From assembly GCF_006345805.1 (NCBI RefSeq), contig NC_042997.1, positions 154,752,001 to 154,816,000 of the forward strand: DNA of 64,000 bases, written 5' to 3'. Below, one piece after another: positions 28,375 to 40,553 of this stretch. The translations under genes were made by a program, and so were the position numbers. The DNA is from Octopus sinensis. Lineage: Eukaryota. Under the pieces are notes generated by a model. The model saw nothing but the letters and a program-made list of their open reading frames with translations, had not been told where the DNA came from and made no database searches. Every line of letters starts with the position of its first letter. Position 1 is the first letter of the stretch.

Positions 28375-28610
28375 CTTCTTACTCCACAGACATGTGTACC
28401 CTTAACGTAGATCTCAGGGAGATTCTACGTGACACAGAGTGTGGTAAGGCTAGCCCTTTGAAATACAGGTACTACTGATTTTTGCCAGCTGAGTGGACTA
28501 GAGCAACGTGAAATAAAGTGTCTTGCTCAAGGATACAACGAGTCCCCGGGAATTGAACTCATGACCTTACAATCGTGAAACGAATACCCTAACCACTAAG
28601 CCACGCACCT
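28375..28610 (-). mobile_element. tRNA-derived SINE (tccttgagcaagacact core) sharing its tail with the 13863 SINE
   Basis: Reverse complement gtggcttagtggttagggt...gagttcaattccc; tail gtacctgtatttcaaagggc...ctacgttaagggt. Confidence 0.85.
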
Positions 28611-29319
28611 TCACTATATATCTATATACACGTAGTTGTAGATTAATTTTATATGTGTCTTTCTGTACACAATTCAACGTTTATAAAAGTGGGAAAAGAG
28701 GAGTCGTTCGCTATGCTGTGAAGGGTATAGAATGCAATGTTTGATAGCTTTTATCTTAATTCTGAAAGGGAGAAAATTGGTTTGGAAGGAGAGACGGAGA
28801 ACTGGTCAAGAGGGATGGTGTGAGAAACCAAGGAAAAGCGGTCAAAAGGGATTTGTCAGAAAATTTGACAAAATGCTCTATCTCTCAAACGGTACAGTTA
28901 CGATGACGGGTTATTGCATGAATAAAGGAGAGGCAAAGGTATACAGGTAGAGGCAAAGCGGGAAAATTTGGGAGAGGCATATATGCAAGCACAAAATTAA
29001 ACCAGTACACAATTACACACAAACACACACACACACACACACACACAAATTCACACGCGTACAAATGCGCGCGCACTCACACACACATACACGCACACGC
29101 ACACCCAACCATCCTTCAACACAGATACTCTTTACTCTTTTACTTGTTTCAGTCATTTCACTGTGGCCATTCTTTGTAAGCCTAGTACTTATTCTATCGG
29201 TCTCTTTTGCCGAACCGCTAAGTTACGGGGACGTAAACACACCAGCATCGGTTGTCAAGTGATGTTGGGGCGACAAACACAGTTACACGAATATATACAC
29301 AAACATTCATACATACATG

Positions 29320-29702
29320 ATGGCTGCCCCCTCGTTATCGAGTATGGCCAGTGCACGAATCTTAACTGTTACTGGTGCTGTGATCGAATGTGACTTTTTA
29401 GCCCAGCTAAAGATCTACAATGTCTTGTACAGAATTGGCAACAAAAACCTTTACCGTAATAGCCGGCTGTAGTTGTAACTGGGCTTCATGTACCTCTGCA
29501 TGTCGTTTAAGTCATCCTGCCGAATTACACTCTCTTCCACATGCCCGACAGATATGGTTAGTATGGTGTCAAACACCACTACCAGTGGCCAGGTTGTCAC
29601 TCATCTGTCTCGCTTTATGACTACGAAGATGGCTCTTTAGTCCAGCTTTACTGAGGCAGGGTCTTGCACAGACACTGCATGTCAGCATCATAGGAAGACC
29701 CT
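29320..29702 (-). mobile_element. RTE-clade LINE 3' end with three C2H2 zinc fingers
   Basis: CSVCARPCLSKAGLKSHLRSH; CRACGRECNSAG*LKRHAEVH; CQFCTRHCRSLAGLKSHIRSQH; same 3' tail as 4316-4465. Confidence 0.85.
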
Positions 29703-29737
29703 ACATACATACATACATAAATACATATATACATACA

Positions 29738-29773
<36 letters not shown>

Positions 29774-29780
29774 TATATAC

Positions 29781-29827
<47 letters not shown>

Positions 29828-29940
29828 AATAATAATAAATATTAGGGAATAAATCCAAATTTACAGGGGAAAAATCAGATTTAGGATTGAATCCAATTTT
29901 ATAGTAAAATATTATATTATATATATATAATATATATATA

Positions 29941-29980
<40 letters not shown>

Positions 29981-30040
29981 AAGAGAGATATGGCTATCGA
30001 GCTTGTAATGTTATGTTTTTCTCTTATATTTCTTGAGTTT

Positions 30041-30106
30041 GTTGCACTGATGAACATAGAAATGCATATTCTGCATTTAAATGCGAAATCACATGTGGTA
30101 TGTAAC
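30041..30106 (+). ncRNA. Type I hammerhead ribozyme motif (probably Penelope/retrozyme-associated)
   Basis: Stem I gttgca/tgtaac; core CTGATGA 30047-30053 and GAAA 30085-30088; long stem II; stem III atca-catg-tggt; GUA site at 30098-30100; one defect (A10.1-C11.1). Confidence 0.7.
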
Positions 30107-32054
30107 TGAATTCTTTTTAAAATGATGTGTTTTGAAGTTTTGCATTCGGTAAAATTTTGTTTATTTTTAGTAGTTTTGACCGCATTGGTCCCTCTTAGCG
30201 TGTTGGTATCTACGAATAGTAGTACCCTCAATATAATATATATATATACGACGGGCTTCTTCGAGTTTCCGTCTACCAGATCCACTCACAAGGCTTTGGC
30301 CGGCCCGAGGCTATAGTAGAAGACACTTGCCCAAGGTGCCACGAAGTGGGACTGAACCCGGAAACATGTGGTTCGTAAGCAAGCTACGTACCACACAGCC
30401 ACTCCTACGCCTTCTATGAACACTTTTCTTTAAAATACCTAGCTAAGACAAATAAGACACATTTCAAGAGGGTCTCGTATTTGTCTGGTTACCGAATAGT
30501 ATTACTCGAAGAAAATCAATCCTACATTGAGTACTTCCAGCTTGTGTCTCTTCGAAAGATTGTTAGTTTCATCCGGTTGAATGTTAGTGCCTGTTTTTTT
30601 TTCTATACACTCATCTATCGCAAGCAGTCACGTATTTCAATCGATGGTTGCGAAAGGATTCTGTCCTTTATATGGTATTTCTGTATTTAATGTCTTTTAT
30701 CTGAGAGGGAGAAGATTCTAGAAAATAAAAAAGAAGTCGACGGGATGATTTTGAGAGGAAAAACAAATAATCAAACAAGTAGTATTGTGTGAGGAATCAA
30801 AGGGCTGCGAACGAAAGAAATGTGTCAGAAAGCTGGACAGGAAGATGCATCTCTTAAACAACCTTTTAGAACGTTCTGTTTCAAGAACTGTACAGTTCTT
30901 GGAACAGCACTTTCTGAAGCAGAAGACTTGCTACCAGGTAAAATTACGAATGCTTCCTTTTGTATTACGTATCGGAAGCTGCATCTTTCAATCTTTTTTG
31001 CCATTGCATAAGCTAAGTTGTATATACAGAAATGCATCTGTGTATGTGTGACTGACTGTGCGGCAAGAGTTATGACACAAATACATGTCTATTTTCTAAA
31101 ACATTCTCCTCGAGATTATAGTGGAAGAACCTAACCTTATCAGCAATAAAATGAAGGAAAGCGCATCTTATCTAAATTGCAAATAAATTAGATAGGCTAT
31201 CAGCGCAGTTGCTAGATTCAACCACTATACATTTCAGTTATGAGAAGGTTATCCACACTTATCTTAATTATGATTTAAACCATGAAACTTTCAAAACAGT
31301 CGCAGTTTCCACCTACAAATTCTGACTCAATTCCCTTGTTTTATAAAATACTGTATAAACATTCATGGTAGCAATTTCCAACGTAACAATCTTCGATTTC
31401 ATTTTTATATAATAAATGCAAAATATTAAGCACCTTTACAAGGTTTTAACAAGTTCAAGAGGAAATCACTAAAATATTTCCTTCAAAGAAATAATTATTT
31501 TAACCAAAAGTTTTAGAAAAAGGCAGTACGAATTTCTAACAGGTAGAAACTGATATCGGCAGGAAAAAAAACAGTAAAAATTATATTGTGAAGATCGTGA
31601 ATTTGGGTAAGTTAGTGTATCAAGTGGAGAAAATGAATCTGATATATGAGAAATAATCATTGGTCTAATAAGAGAGAGAGTGACAGTTCTTTTCTACAGT
31701 TGATTAAAATGTACTACGCGGGACACACGGAAATGCCTACACGTACATACAAACACACCCACATACACACATGTATATATTCTTTTATTCTTTTATTTGT
31801 TTCAGTCATTAAATGAGAGATTGTTAGTTTTGCAAAGTCATATAAAATCTCCAACAAAACGATGTGAGTTATGTACTGAAGAAGCGTATAAAATCCTTAC
31901 ATCTAGAAAAGATTTACTTATTTAAAAAAAAAAGAAAAAAAGTATCTTGTCTGCATTCAGCGAAATATATTTTCTCAAAGTATAATTAAACTTTATACTC
32001 ATCATATAGAGTAATATTAAACTATATAATATACTTTTCATATAATATCCTCTA

Positions 32055-32678
32055 ACATTTATGTGACATATTACCGTCATACTGCAAAATCTCACCTTCA
32101 TCCAAGTCTGGTATTAAATTGTCCTTCAGCAACTGGATGTATTTAGCACTATTCAAGGGGGTCGTTTCACTTTCTAATAAGCGAGAATTTGTCAGAGGGC
32201 CTTCGGGAAAGCGAAACGTTACACAACGGAAACGTGGCAGCTCGGTCACAGAGCATGGCATTTCATACCTGTGAATATGGTAAAGGATTTCTACGCATCT
32301 CTTCCCAGGAGCACTGAAGGAATTATTCAAGCTAAGAGAAGCCACAAGAAATATTAACAATGTACAGTAACTTCTTGAAATGAACATTATGTAATATATT
32401 TTCATTATATACATTTTTCTGTTTTAAAACACTGTATCTTGATTGGTTTATGAGGTGGCCGAAAACATTTGCACGGCTATTTTTAGAAGTCATCTCGCAT
32501 CTTCCCCTCTCATTCAGAACCTCTACTACAAAATATAATGATTAAGTATAGAATGGACTACAACAGGGGCAATATTTCATCTGTAAAAACTGCAATATGA
32601 AAAATCTACTTATAAGTTGGCAATTAGTAGAAATTTACAATAGTTTAAAGTGGCCAAAGACTTTTCCACGGTACTGTA
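32055..32678 (-). mobile_element. Tc1/mariner relic with DDE fragment and a TIR ending in TA
   Basis: LNSAKYIQLLKDNLIPDLDEGEILQYDG resembles the Tc1 catalytic domain; TIR gtggccaaagacttttccacggtactg|TA at 32650-32678; similar repeat at 32455-32478. Confidence 0.75.
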
Positions 32679-35171
32679 TACATTAGAAGTTGTAATGTTC
32701 CTGTTTGCCGAAAGTAGATATAATGAGAACCATATTAATAAGGAAGGAGAGCATTCATGCATTGATTGTAGCCTTTCTCTATCAAATTACATCCTGCCCT
32801 TTCGAGGCAGTAAGCTAACACGTATAATACAGTCCCAAATAAGCAATTTTCGAGAGCAGGACGACAATGTCATGAACGGAATATTTTTCAACCATCGGTT
32901 ACACGTTCAGGCCTGACATAGCAGTTATAAAAAAGCAAGAGCATTTCCCCGAACTTTTAATTATCATTTAAATCTAAAAATTTTTAACAAGAAAAGAAAC
33001 AGCACAATAATATTTTCAAATATTGATTGCCATCACTCTCCCCTATTGACTGTTTATACATTTGTTCTTTCATAGAAGAAAATAAACTCTTGTTCTGTAT
33101 TTAATAAACACTTTTGGAAGAAACAAATGTTTGGAGTTAGCTTTTTTTAGCTAAAGGATACAATTTCCCCTCCACTTTGTGTACAAATGTTTGCATATAT
33201 GTGTATCTGTGTGTAATTGTTTATGTGTATATGGGTAAATAAGGTGTTTGTTTATATGTTAGTGTGCATGTGTGTGCTGTGGAGACATGAGTATTTATGC
33301 AAATTTATCAAATTGAAATTCTTTAATCAAAAAAATTTGTTCAAACACTGATTAATTCACTCTCAATTATAAGAATATGGAAATTTAACGAACGAACTAA
33401 TTAAATCTTTCACAATCATTTTTAATTGAGGAAATATTTTGTTTTTAATTTTTCATTTTATATGTAAATAGCTAGTTATTTTTTCTTCGAAGAAATCTAA
33501 TTTTATAATTAAAATAAATTTCGAATGATTCCAACTTATAGCAAAGCAATTCTGTTTTACCGAAGAACCAAGTCATACTCTGTAAGCAATGTGAGGTTTG
33601 CAATTTTAATGCGAATGAAGAAACTCTGGCGTTTCCGGACAAATCGTTACAAATCTGTTTCGGTAAAGCTGTTCCCAAATATAGTACATCCTTTATATGG
33701 TTGTCTATTTTATTTTCCGTGGTCCGTTTTTTATCAATACATCAAGCTATCCATATATTTCAAACCCGAAACTATAAATTTTCCAGTCAAGAACGATTTT
33801 TTCCCCTGTCGAGCCCATTAAGGTTGTTTCTGATTAAATTAAATTGATTGATTTCCCTTATGAATCATTGCTTGGCGTCATATGAAATATTTCTATAAAA
33901 CACATATAAAGCTGATTTTTAAAAAATACTTAGAATAATTGTTGTGTTGCCATCCTTGATCTAATAATTATTGGCGATAATGGCGTTGTGGATGAGATGC
34001 CGCTCTCAACAATATTTAAGGATTTTAAAAATGCTCTTTTTCAAGCTATCCAACGAGCGAGATAAACTGCATCACAGTCACATTGAGAATAAAATATTAA
34101 CAGAACAAAACAAAAAACAATCGAATCAATTTGTTTTCGTATTTTTATTATAATTAAGTATATTACTGAATATTTATCTAATTATAGTTCTCGATTTATA
34201 GATTTTCCCAGGAATTTAATTTTGAGACGAATATAATTTGTTAAAAAAATAAAATACGTTATTCATTGTTCCTTTTCAAATGCAAATTAACATTTAGAAA
34301 ATATGTTTTGATACATCTCACTGTTTTTCATATTAAATATTATTGTCCGCCATTTTGTTCACCAGCAGCCTTATATCAAATTAATATAACATTACTGGCA
34401 TAGAGCATGACCTCTGGAACAGGGAAATTTATTTCAAATCCAATTGACAGATGTATTTGTAGTATGTGTTGGAATTGAATATGTTACAGTCAATATTTCG
34501 TCGGCGTATACTGTCCAACAACTAATTTTAATTTGGTAATCAAACAATAGTAATCTTATTTCATAAATCAAACATCACATTCAGGTTATTTTTTTATTCA
34601 GCTTCTTTTTCATACACACTAATACGAGCAAATACTCATACGCGCTCACTGATATACACAAAGACACTCACACATACACACTTTCTTTCTTACCTTCTTT
34701 CCCCTCCGTTCTCTTTCTCTATCTACCTCTTTCCCCTCTTTCATTCTCTAAAACACACATGCATGACAATCACGGCTTATGAATAGGAAGATAGAATATC
34801 ATTTGAAATATCAAAGGTTCGTATCATATGGTTAGCCGTGTTTTATGATCAAGATCCCTTAATTGTCAAAGATAAACCAATAACCAGCCTTTAGCTGCAA
34901 ATGAGTACAGTTCAAGGCAAAACCCTGATCCGTAATTAACAAGTCCGTTTATGGACTACATTATTGAGACCTGATCTCCTTAAACTCCAGGTCAGAGTCC
35001 AAATCAATCTTCCCTTGAGATTTGGTAACTAACTAGGTTTGATAGCTAGCGTACGCTTGTATACACTATATTAACATCAGCTCTTAGCATGGAAACCTTC
35101 CTTATTTGCAATATGCAGTCAATGCTGAATAAAAAGCACACAGAGATACACATATATACACACTACCTTCT

Positions 35172-35205
<34 letters not shown>

Positions 35206-35229
35206 CATACATACATACATACATACATA

Positions 35230-36094
35230 CATTCAAAGCGACCAGCCGCGTATTTGATGAGGGAGACTATCGAAAATACGATTAATACTCCAACTTTGGA
35301 GCCACAACTATCAGCCTTGTTAAATAACTGGTTAATCTTCAGATGAATTAACTGAAGGAGCCTTTTATTCACGACTAGCAGTATCGCCCGGCGTTGCTCG
35401 GGTTGTAAGGGAAATAACTATATAAGCATTTTTAGAGAGTTATAGCCAAAAAATAGCAAAAAAAATGCATTAAAAATTGAAAAAAAATTAAGGTAAATTT
35501 TTTTTAAATCGTTGACACATCGTAGATATTTTTAGAGAGTTACTTCCCTTATATAAAAGCGAAAAAATGCATTAAAATGGAAAAATATGATGGTAATTTT
35601 TTTTAAAATCGTAGACTCATCGTAGACGCGCGCTAATACCCAGAAGGGCTCGATATGAATCACGACTATAAGATACCCGCTTTTGGTTAAACTGCACCGC
35701 AAAATGTGGGAGTAATTACGAATGTAAATCGAAGGGGACAGACACACAACTTCACTCTTATATAAAGATGCTTTTTTTTTCAGTCATAGAGTTAGATTTA
35801 TGAAGGTCTTCAGTAGAAAATCCTTCGAATTCTGACTCGCTGCTTGATTTAATGAAATTCGCATCCATTTTTTTGTCAGAATTACAAATTTTGAAAACAC
35901 AATAGGAACAAATTTCGGAAAAAAATCTCCCATAATTCACGGAATTAAAATTACACTTCGATTTTTGTACAAAACTGTATTTGAAGTGTTTACGAAGTAT
36001 AATACGTGTTTTCACGAATGTACTAAAGAGATTTACTCTGATATTCTCATTTAAATATGAATAGGTAAATTCGGGCGGTTTGGTAACGAAAGGG
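35230..36094 (-). mobile_element. Possible piggyBac-like 5' end fragment interrupted by a Helitron
   Basis: Terminus aacgaaaggg|ttta (reverse complement CCCTTTCGTT, near-TTAA) and acidic peptide MDANFIKSSSESEFEGFSTED; no second TIR found. Confidence 0.35.
35375..35768 (-). mobile_element. Non-autonomous Helitron, complete
   Basis: Minus strand A|TC...cccgagcaacgccggg hairpin...CTAG|T; no TSD. Confidence 0.85.
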
Positions 36095-36579
36095 TTTATA
36101 TAAGTGTCGTCTGTTTATACATAAACACTGTTTCATAGTTTCAGTTTAGTCTTCCTCAAATCACTGTCGCTAATTTACTCTCTTCCAAGAACATTTTCAC
36201 TCACTGTTATCTGTTAGCTTCCCATACATTTTACTCATGTATCTATCAGCGTGATAGACAGAAACAAATATTACATTTACTTTCATTTTATTCGTTGCCC
36301 ACTGTGTGTGTGTGCGTTTGCGTGTGGTGTAAACCAGACTAAGAAAAGCATTTGACACACACACCAGAATGTGAGTTTTCTGTAAATTTTGCTTAATTGG
36401 AGTTTAAATTTTAAAAACTGGACCTGGCATGACGCGATGCATTGTACTCTTAAAACTGCTAGGTAAATTGTAATTGAAGAAATCCTATATTGTAGATTTG
36501 TATAACTCCCAAAGGGAGGCAGATAAAATCTGCCTTTTATAATAAGAGATCGTAGGGACTTTCGACTGAAACTTGAATT

Positions 36580-38470
36580 TAACATGAGGAGAGCTACTAC
36601 AAACAACATGGCTGGACACATCAACTACAACACAATCGAGGAATAGAACGAAAACAACAGCTCAACAGGTAAACAAATACTTTCTAGCTGTAGTTATAGA
36701 AAAAGCCGTAACTACAAAATTCATTTCTCTTGGAGTTATGAATTGAATAATGATATATTTAAATGCTACGAAAAACCGAAACAAAACCCCGCAGTTAGCT
36801 ATATGAAACGACTGAAATCATATTGGGACGATCTGCATTCAGAATTAAATCATTTTACTGCGAAGCAACTACGCCAATAAGCAACATTTGTAGAACACAG
36901 AACAAAAGGTTAGTAACTGTAACTTTATTAAGAAATTGAAAATTAACCTTTTTCCCAACTCTATAAACAAAAATGAAACATGAATGATATAAAACCACCA
37001 CATGGTTTCGCAGCTAGTGACATTCCAACAGATTCCATAGTACCTGCCAGCCAAACGACATTACTGGCCCAAATAACTGACCACTGTCCCCCTACTACGA
37101 CTATGGCAAATAGTAGGCACAACCGCAACGATTATTGTAGTAGAAGTAGTGGTAGTCAGGATTATATGCCGGTGAAATGTGCCCTTACTGAAATTTTCCG
37201 AGAAAAAATAACTTTGACTTTGAAGGAGTCTCTCGAGGAGAGAGTATTCTCTACCAAAGTAAGTAAAAAACCACCAGATAAGGTATTAAAAACTATTAAT
37301 GAAATTGGTGATTAATATTTACAACAGTATGATGAACCCACATACTGGCAGATTAACGCCTGTCTATGTTCTCTGGCTACTACTGAAAAACAGTACATGA
37401 ATGATATTTAAAAAGTAAACAAAACCGAAATAACAAAGTACCGTCATGGGTTTTGAAGACAGAGAAAAAGAAAATTGGTTTGCGGAAAATTATCAGTCAT
37501 GTAATGATGCCTATAGCATGCAAACAAGCAAATCATTATACTTCCCAACAACAGAAAGTAAAGAAAGAGATAGAAATGATGTTTGGAGACAGCTAAAAGA
37601 GAACACTCACTTGCAAACTGATTACCCTCAAGCAGGAGCTGTCAGTGAAAAACTCCGACATCAGAAGAGAGTAACCGAGAGAAGAACAATATACAAAAAA
37701 ATTAACCGCAACCAGGCAGCAGTATACAGAGACATGAGAGGAGGAGCAGTAGACATCACGGAAGCTCCTCCACGAGAAGACACAGGCTCCTTCTGGAGGA
37801 AAATCTGGAGTGAAGAGAAGGAATTTAAATGAAGATGCTCTGTGGCTGGAAGAAATCCCGAAAAAGTTATTGCTGCTGCATTACATCCAAGACATACAAC
37901 ATTGATGGTGAAAATCTTGCAACTTCGATCCGAAACTCCAGGAGACTTGATTGTTGGATATTGATACAAGAAGCTAAAATTCTACCCACCATATCTTATT
38001 AATCTGTACCAGCAAGCTCTTATTGGGAACTGTAGCATACCAAACTGGTTAGCTCTGGCAGAGACAAGATTGATCCCCAAATGCAAAACCACCCACATGG
38101 CAGAAAACTGCCGGCTATTTGCATGTCAGAACTTAATGTATAAAATATATACAGCCTGTTTAAATCTCTTCCCCCAGGACCATTGTGAAACCAATAACAT
38201 TATCACAACAGAACAAGCAATTGGGAAGAAGGGAGTCTAGGGATGTGCCGAGCAATTATTAATCAACAAAACTATGAAGTCAGAGGTGCGAGGGCATAGG
38301 TGGAACTACAAGAAAGCCTTTGACTCTGTTCCCCATTCATGAATGCTAGAAGCCCTTCAACTTGCTAAGGTTCCAGTGAAAATAGTCGAAACCATAGCTG
38401 ACCTGACTTTATCCTGAGCCACCATCTTGAAATTAAACATAAAGAGTGACTGTATTATAACCAATAGAAT
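36580..38470 (+). mobile_element. R4/Dong-like RLE LINE: N-terminus plus first half of RT, 3'-truncated, many stops and frameshifts
   Basis: WSYELNNDIFKCY...YMKRLKSYW; AVSEKLRHQKR...FWRKIWS; PNWL...TRLIPK...ENCRLFACQNLMYKIYT; GCAEQLLINK; NYKKAFDSVPHS. Confidence 0.85.
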
Positions 38471-39564
38471 ACATCATCTTGAAATTAAACGCAAAGAGTG
38501 GCTGAAACAAATAAAAGGATAAAAGAGTAAAAGAATATATCGTGACTTAAAGACACACTCAAATTCGTAATATCGTGAGTTCAATTCTTTCACCCGTTGC
38601 GGCGTTCTGTCTTTGTGTAAGGTGCTTCCTGTCTGTTTGCTCTTGTACAATCAGATGAAAAATGAGCAACAGCTTGTGCTGAATCTCTCTCTCTCTCTCC
38701 CCCCCTTTCACAACCTGAATAGTTTGATGGATGAAGAACTGTAGGATCAAGAAGACGTCTGTGCCTGCTCAAGTCTGCATACACACCTACACCAAAGTCA
38801 TTCTTACATCTGATTAACGACAACGATTTGGATATGCACACATACGCATGTGCGCGCACACACACATATTTTCACGCATGCACACACACACTCATACATA
38901 CATGCATACATACATACAAACATACATACATACATACATACATACATACATACATGCATACATACATACATCATACATACATACATACATACATACATAC
39001 ATACATACATACATACATACGTGCATGCAAATCTGTCTTGTTGGATGAAAGAATTTTCTTTCTAGGCTAGAAACCGGTTCTTCTCTGCTGGGGTGAAATT
39101 CGAAGAATAATACCAAAGAACGAACATACATACTTACATACATACGTGCGAACGTATGTATGTATGTATGTATGTATGTATGTATGCATGTGTGTATGTA
39201 TGTATACTTGTACGTATTTATGTATTTATGTTTGTGACCATCTTGAATTCTACGAAGAATTGCAATAAATCTCAGATTAGAAAGCACACATTGGCTCGTA
39301 CGTACGCACCCGCGCATGCACATGCACATATACACACACATGCACACAACACACACACACACGCACACTAACATAGACACATACACACACTCACTCACAT
39401 AAACACGCTCAAACACACGCACACTAACATAGACACACACACACGCGCGCACTTGTCCGTGTTTCCATGGCAGTGCTGGTTTATTTCGTCAGATCAAGGG
39501 TTTTACAGCTGGACGCTTTTCGCACAACTAACCACTCGACTGTGAAGAAGAGAAGTACATTTTA

Positions 39565-39675
39565 TTATCATCATCATCCTCATCGTCATCATCATCATCA
39601 TCATCATCCTCATCATCACCATCATCACCATCATCATCATCATCATCATCATTATTATCATTATTATTATTATTA

Positions 39676-39721
<46 letters not shown>

Positions 39722-39732
39722 TATTATTATTA

Positions 39733-39819
<87 letters not shown>

Positions 39820-39850
39820 CATTATTATTATTATTACTATTATTATTATT

Positions 39851-39927
<77 letters not shown>
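39565..39927. repeat. (CAT)n/(ATT)n microsatellite
   Basis: Direct reading; source of the poly-H/Y/L/I ORF 39467-39937. Confidence 0.95.
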
Positions 39928-39929
<2 letters not shown>

Positions 39930-40347
39930 CAAGATAAACCCGAGAAAGTAGATTTAAATGCCTTAATAGTTATACAGTAAGGTTAGAACTTACTGCCGTG
40001 TTATCAGTAACCCAGCACATTAACCTCACAAATCTTACATTGGATGGTTTCTAATAGCAAGTTAATGTGATTTAGTACTCGTCGTTAGTCAACCGATATA
40101 ACATACATTCAAAGCAAACGAATAGTTGGAGCATTTCATTCTTTGAATTTAGAATATATTGTTCGTTTAATAGAGCGAACTTACGGCAAAATTTGTACTA
40201 TTAACAAATACTTTTAAAAAATGGCGCTATAAAAATTTTGAACGTTTAGGGCAATATGAGTCACATTTTGTGGTCAAATCTTGAAAATTTTTTTTAAGAG
40301 ATCAGCAAATTTAATCCTTTGTTACCTGCTTTCTTAGAATATAAATG

Positions 40348-40423
<76 letters not shown>

Positions 40424-40553
40424 CGCGCATCATAGTGATACTGCAACTATTCAGAACAGCCAATTTTTACCTGAATGCATGACTTTCCTCAAAACAATTA
40501 TCTTTATGATATCTGTCATACTGCGTTATATTTAAGATGGACAATTTTTTTTA

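Larger units (their letters stand above)
29125..30412 (-). mobile_element. Microsatellite-containing SINE, apparently split by nested insertions (tail 29125-29285, head 30245-30412)
   Basis: Both halves match the intact copy at 60638-61041 in the same orientation and order. Confidence 0.7.
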
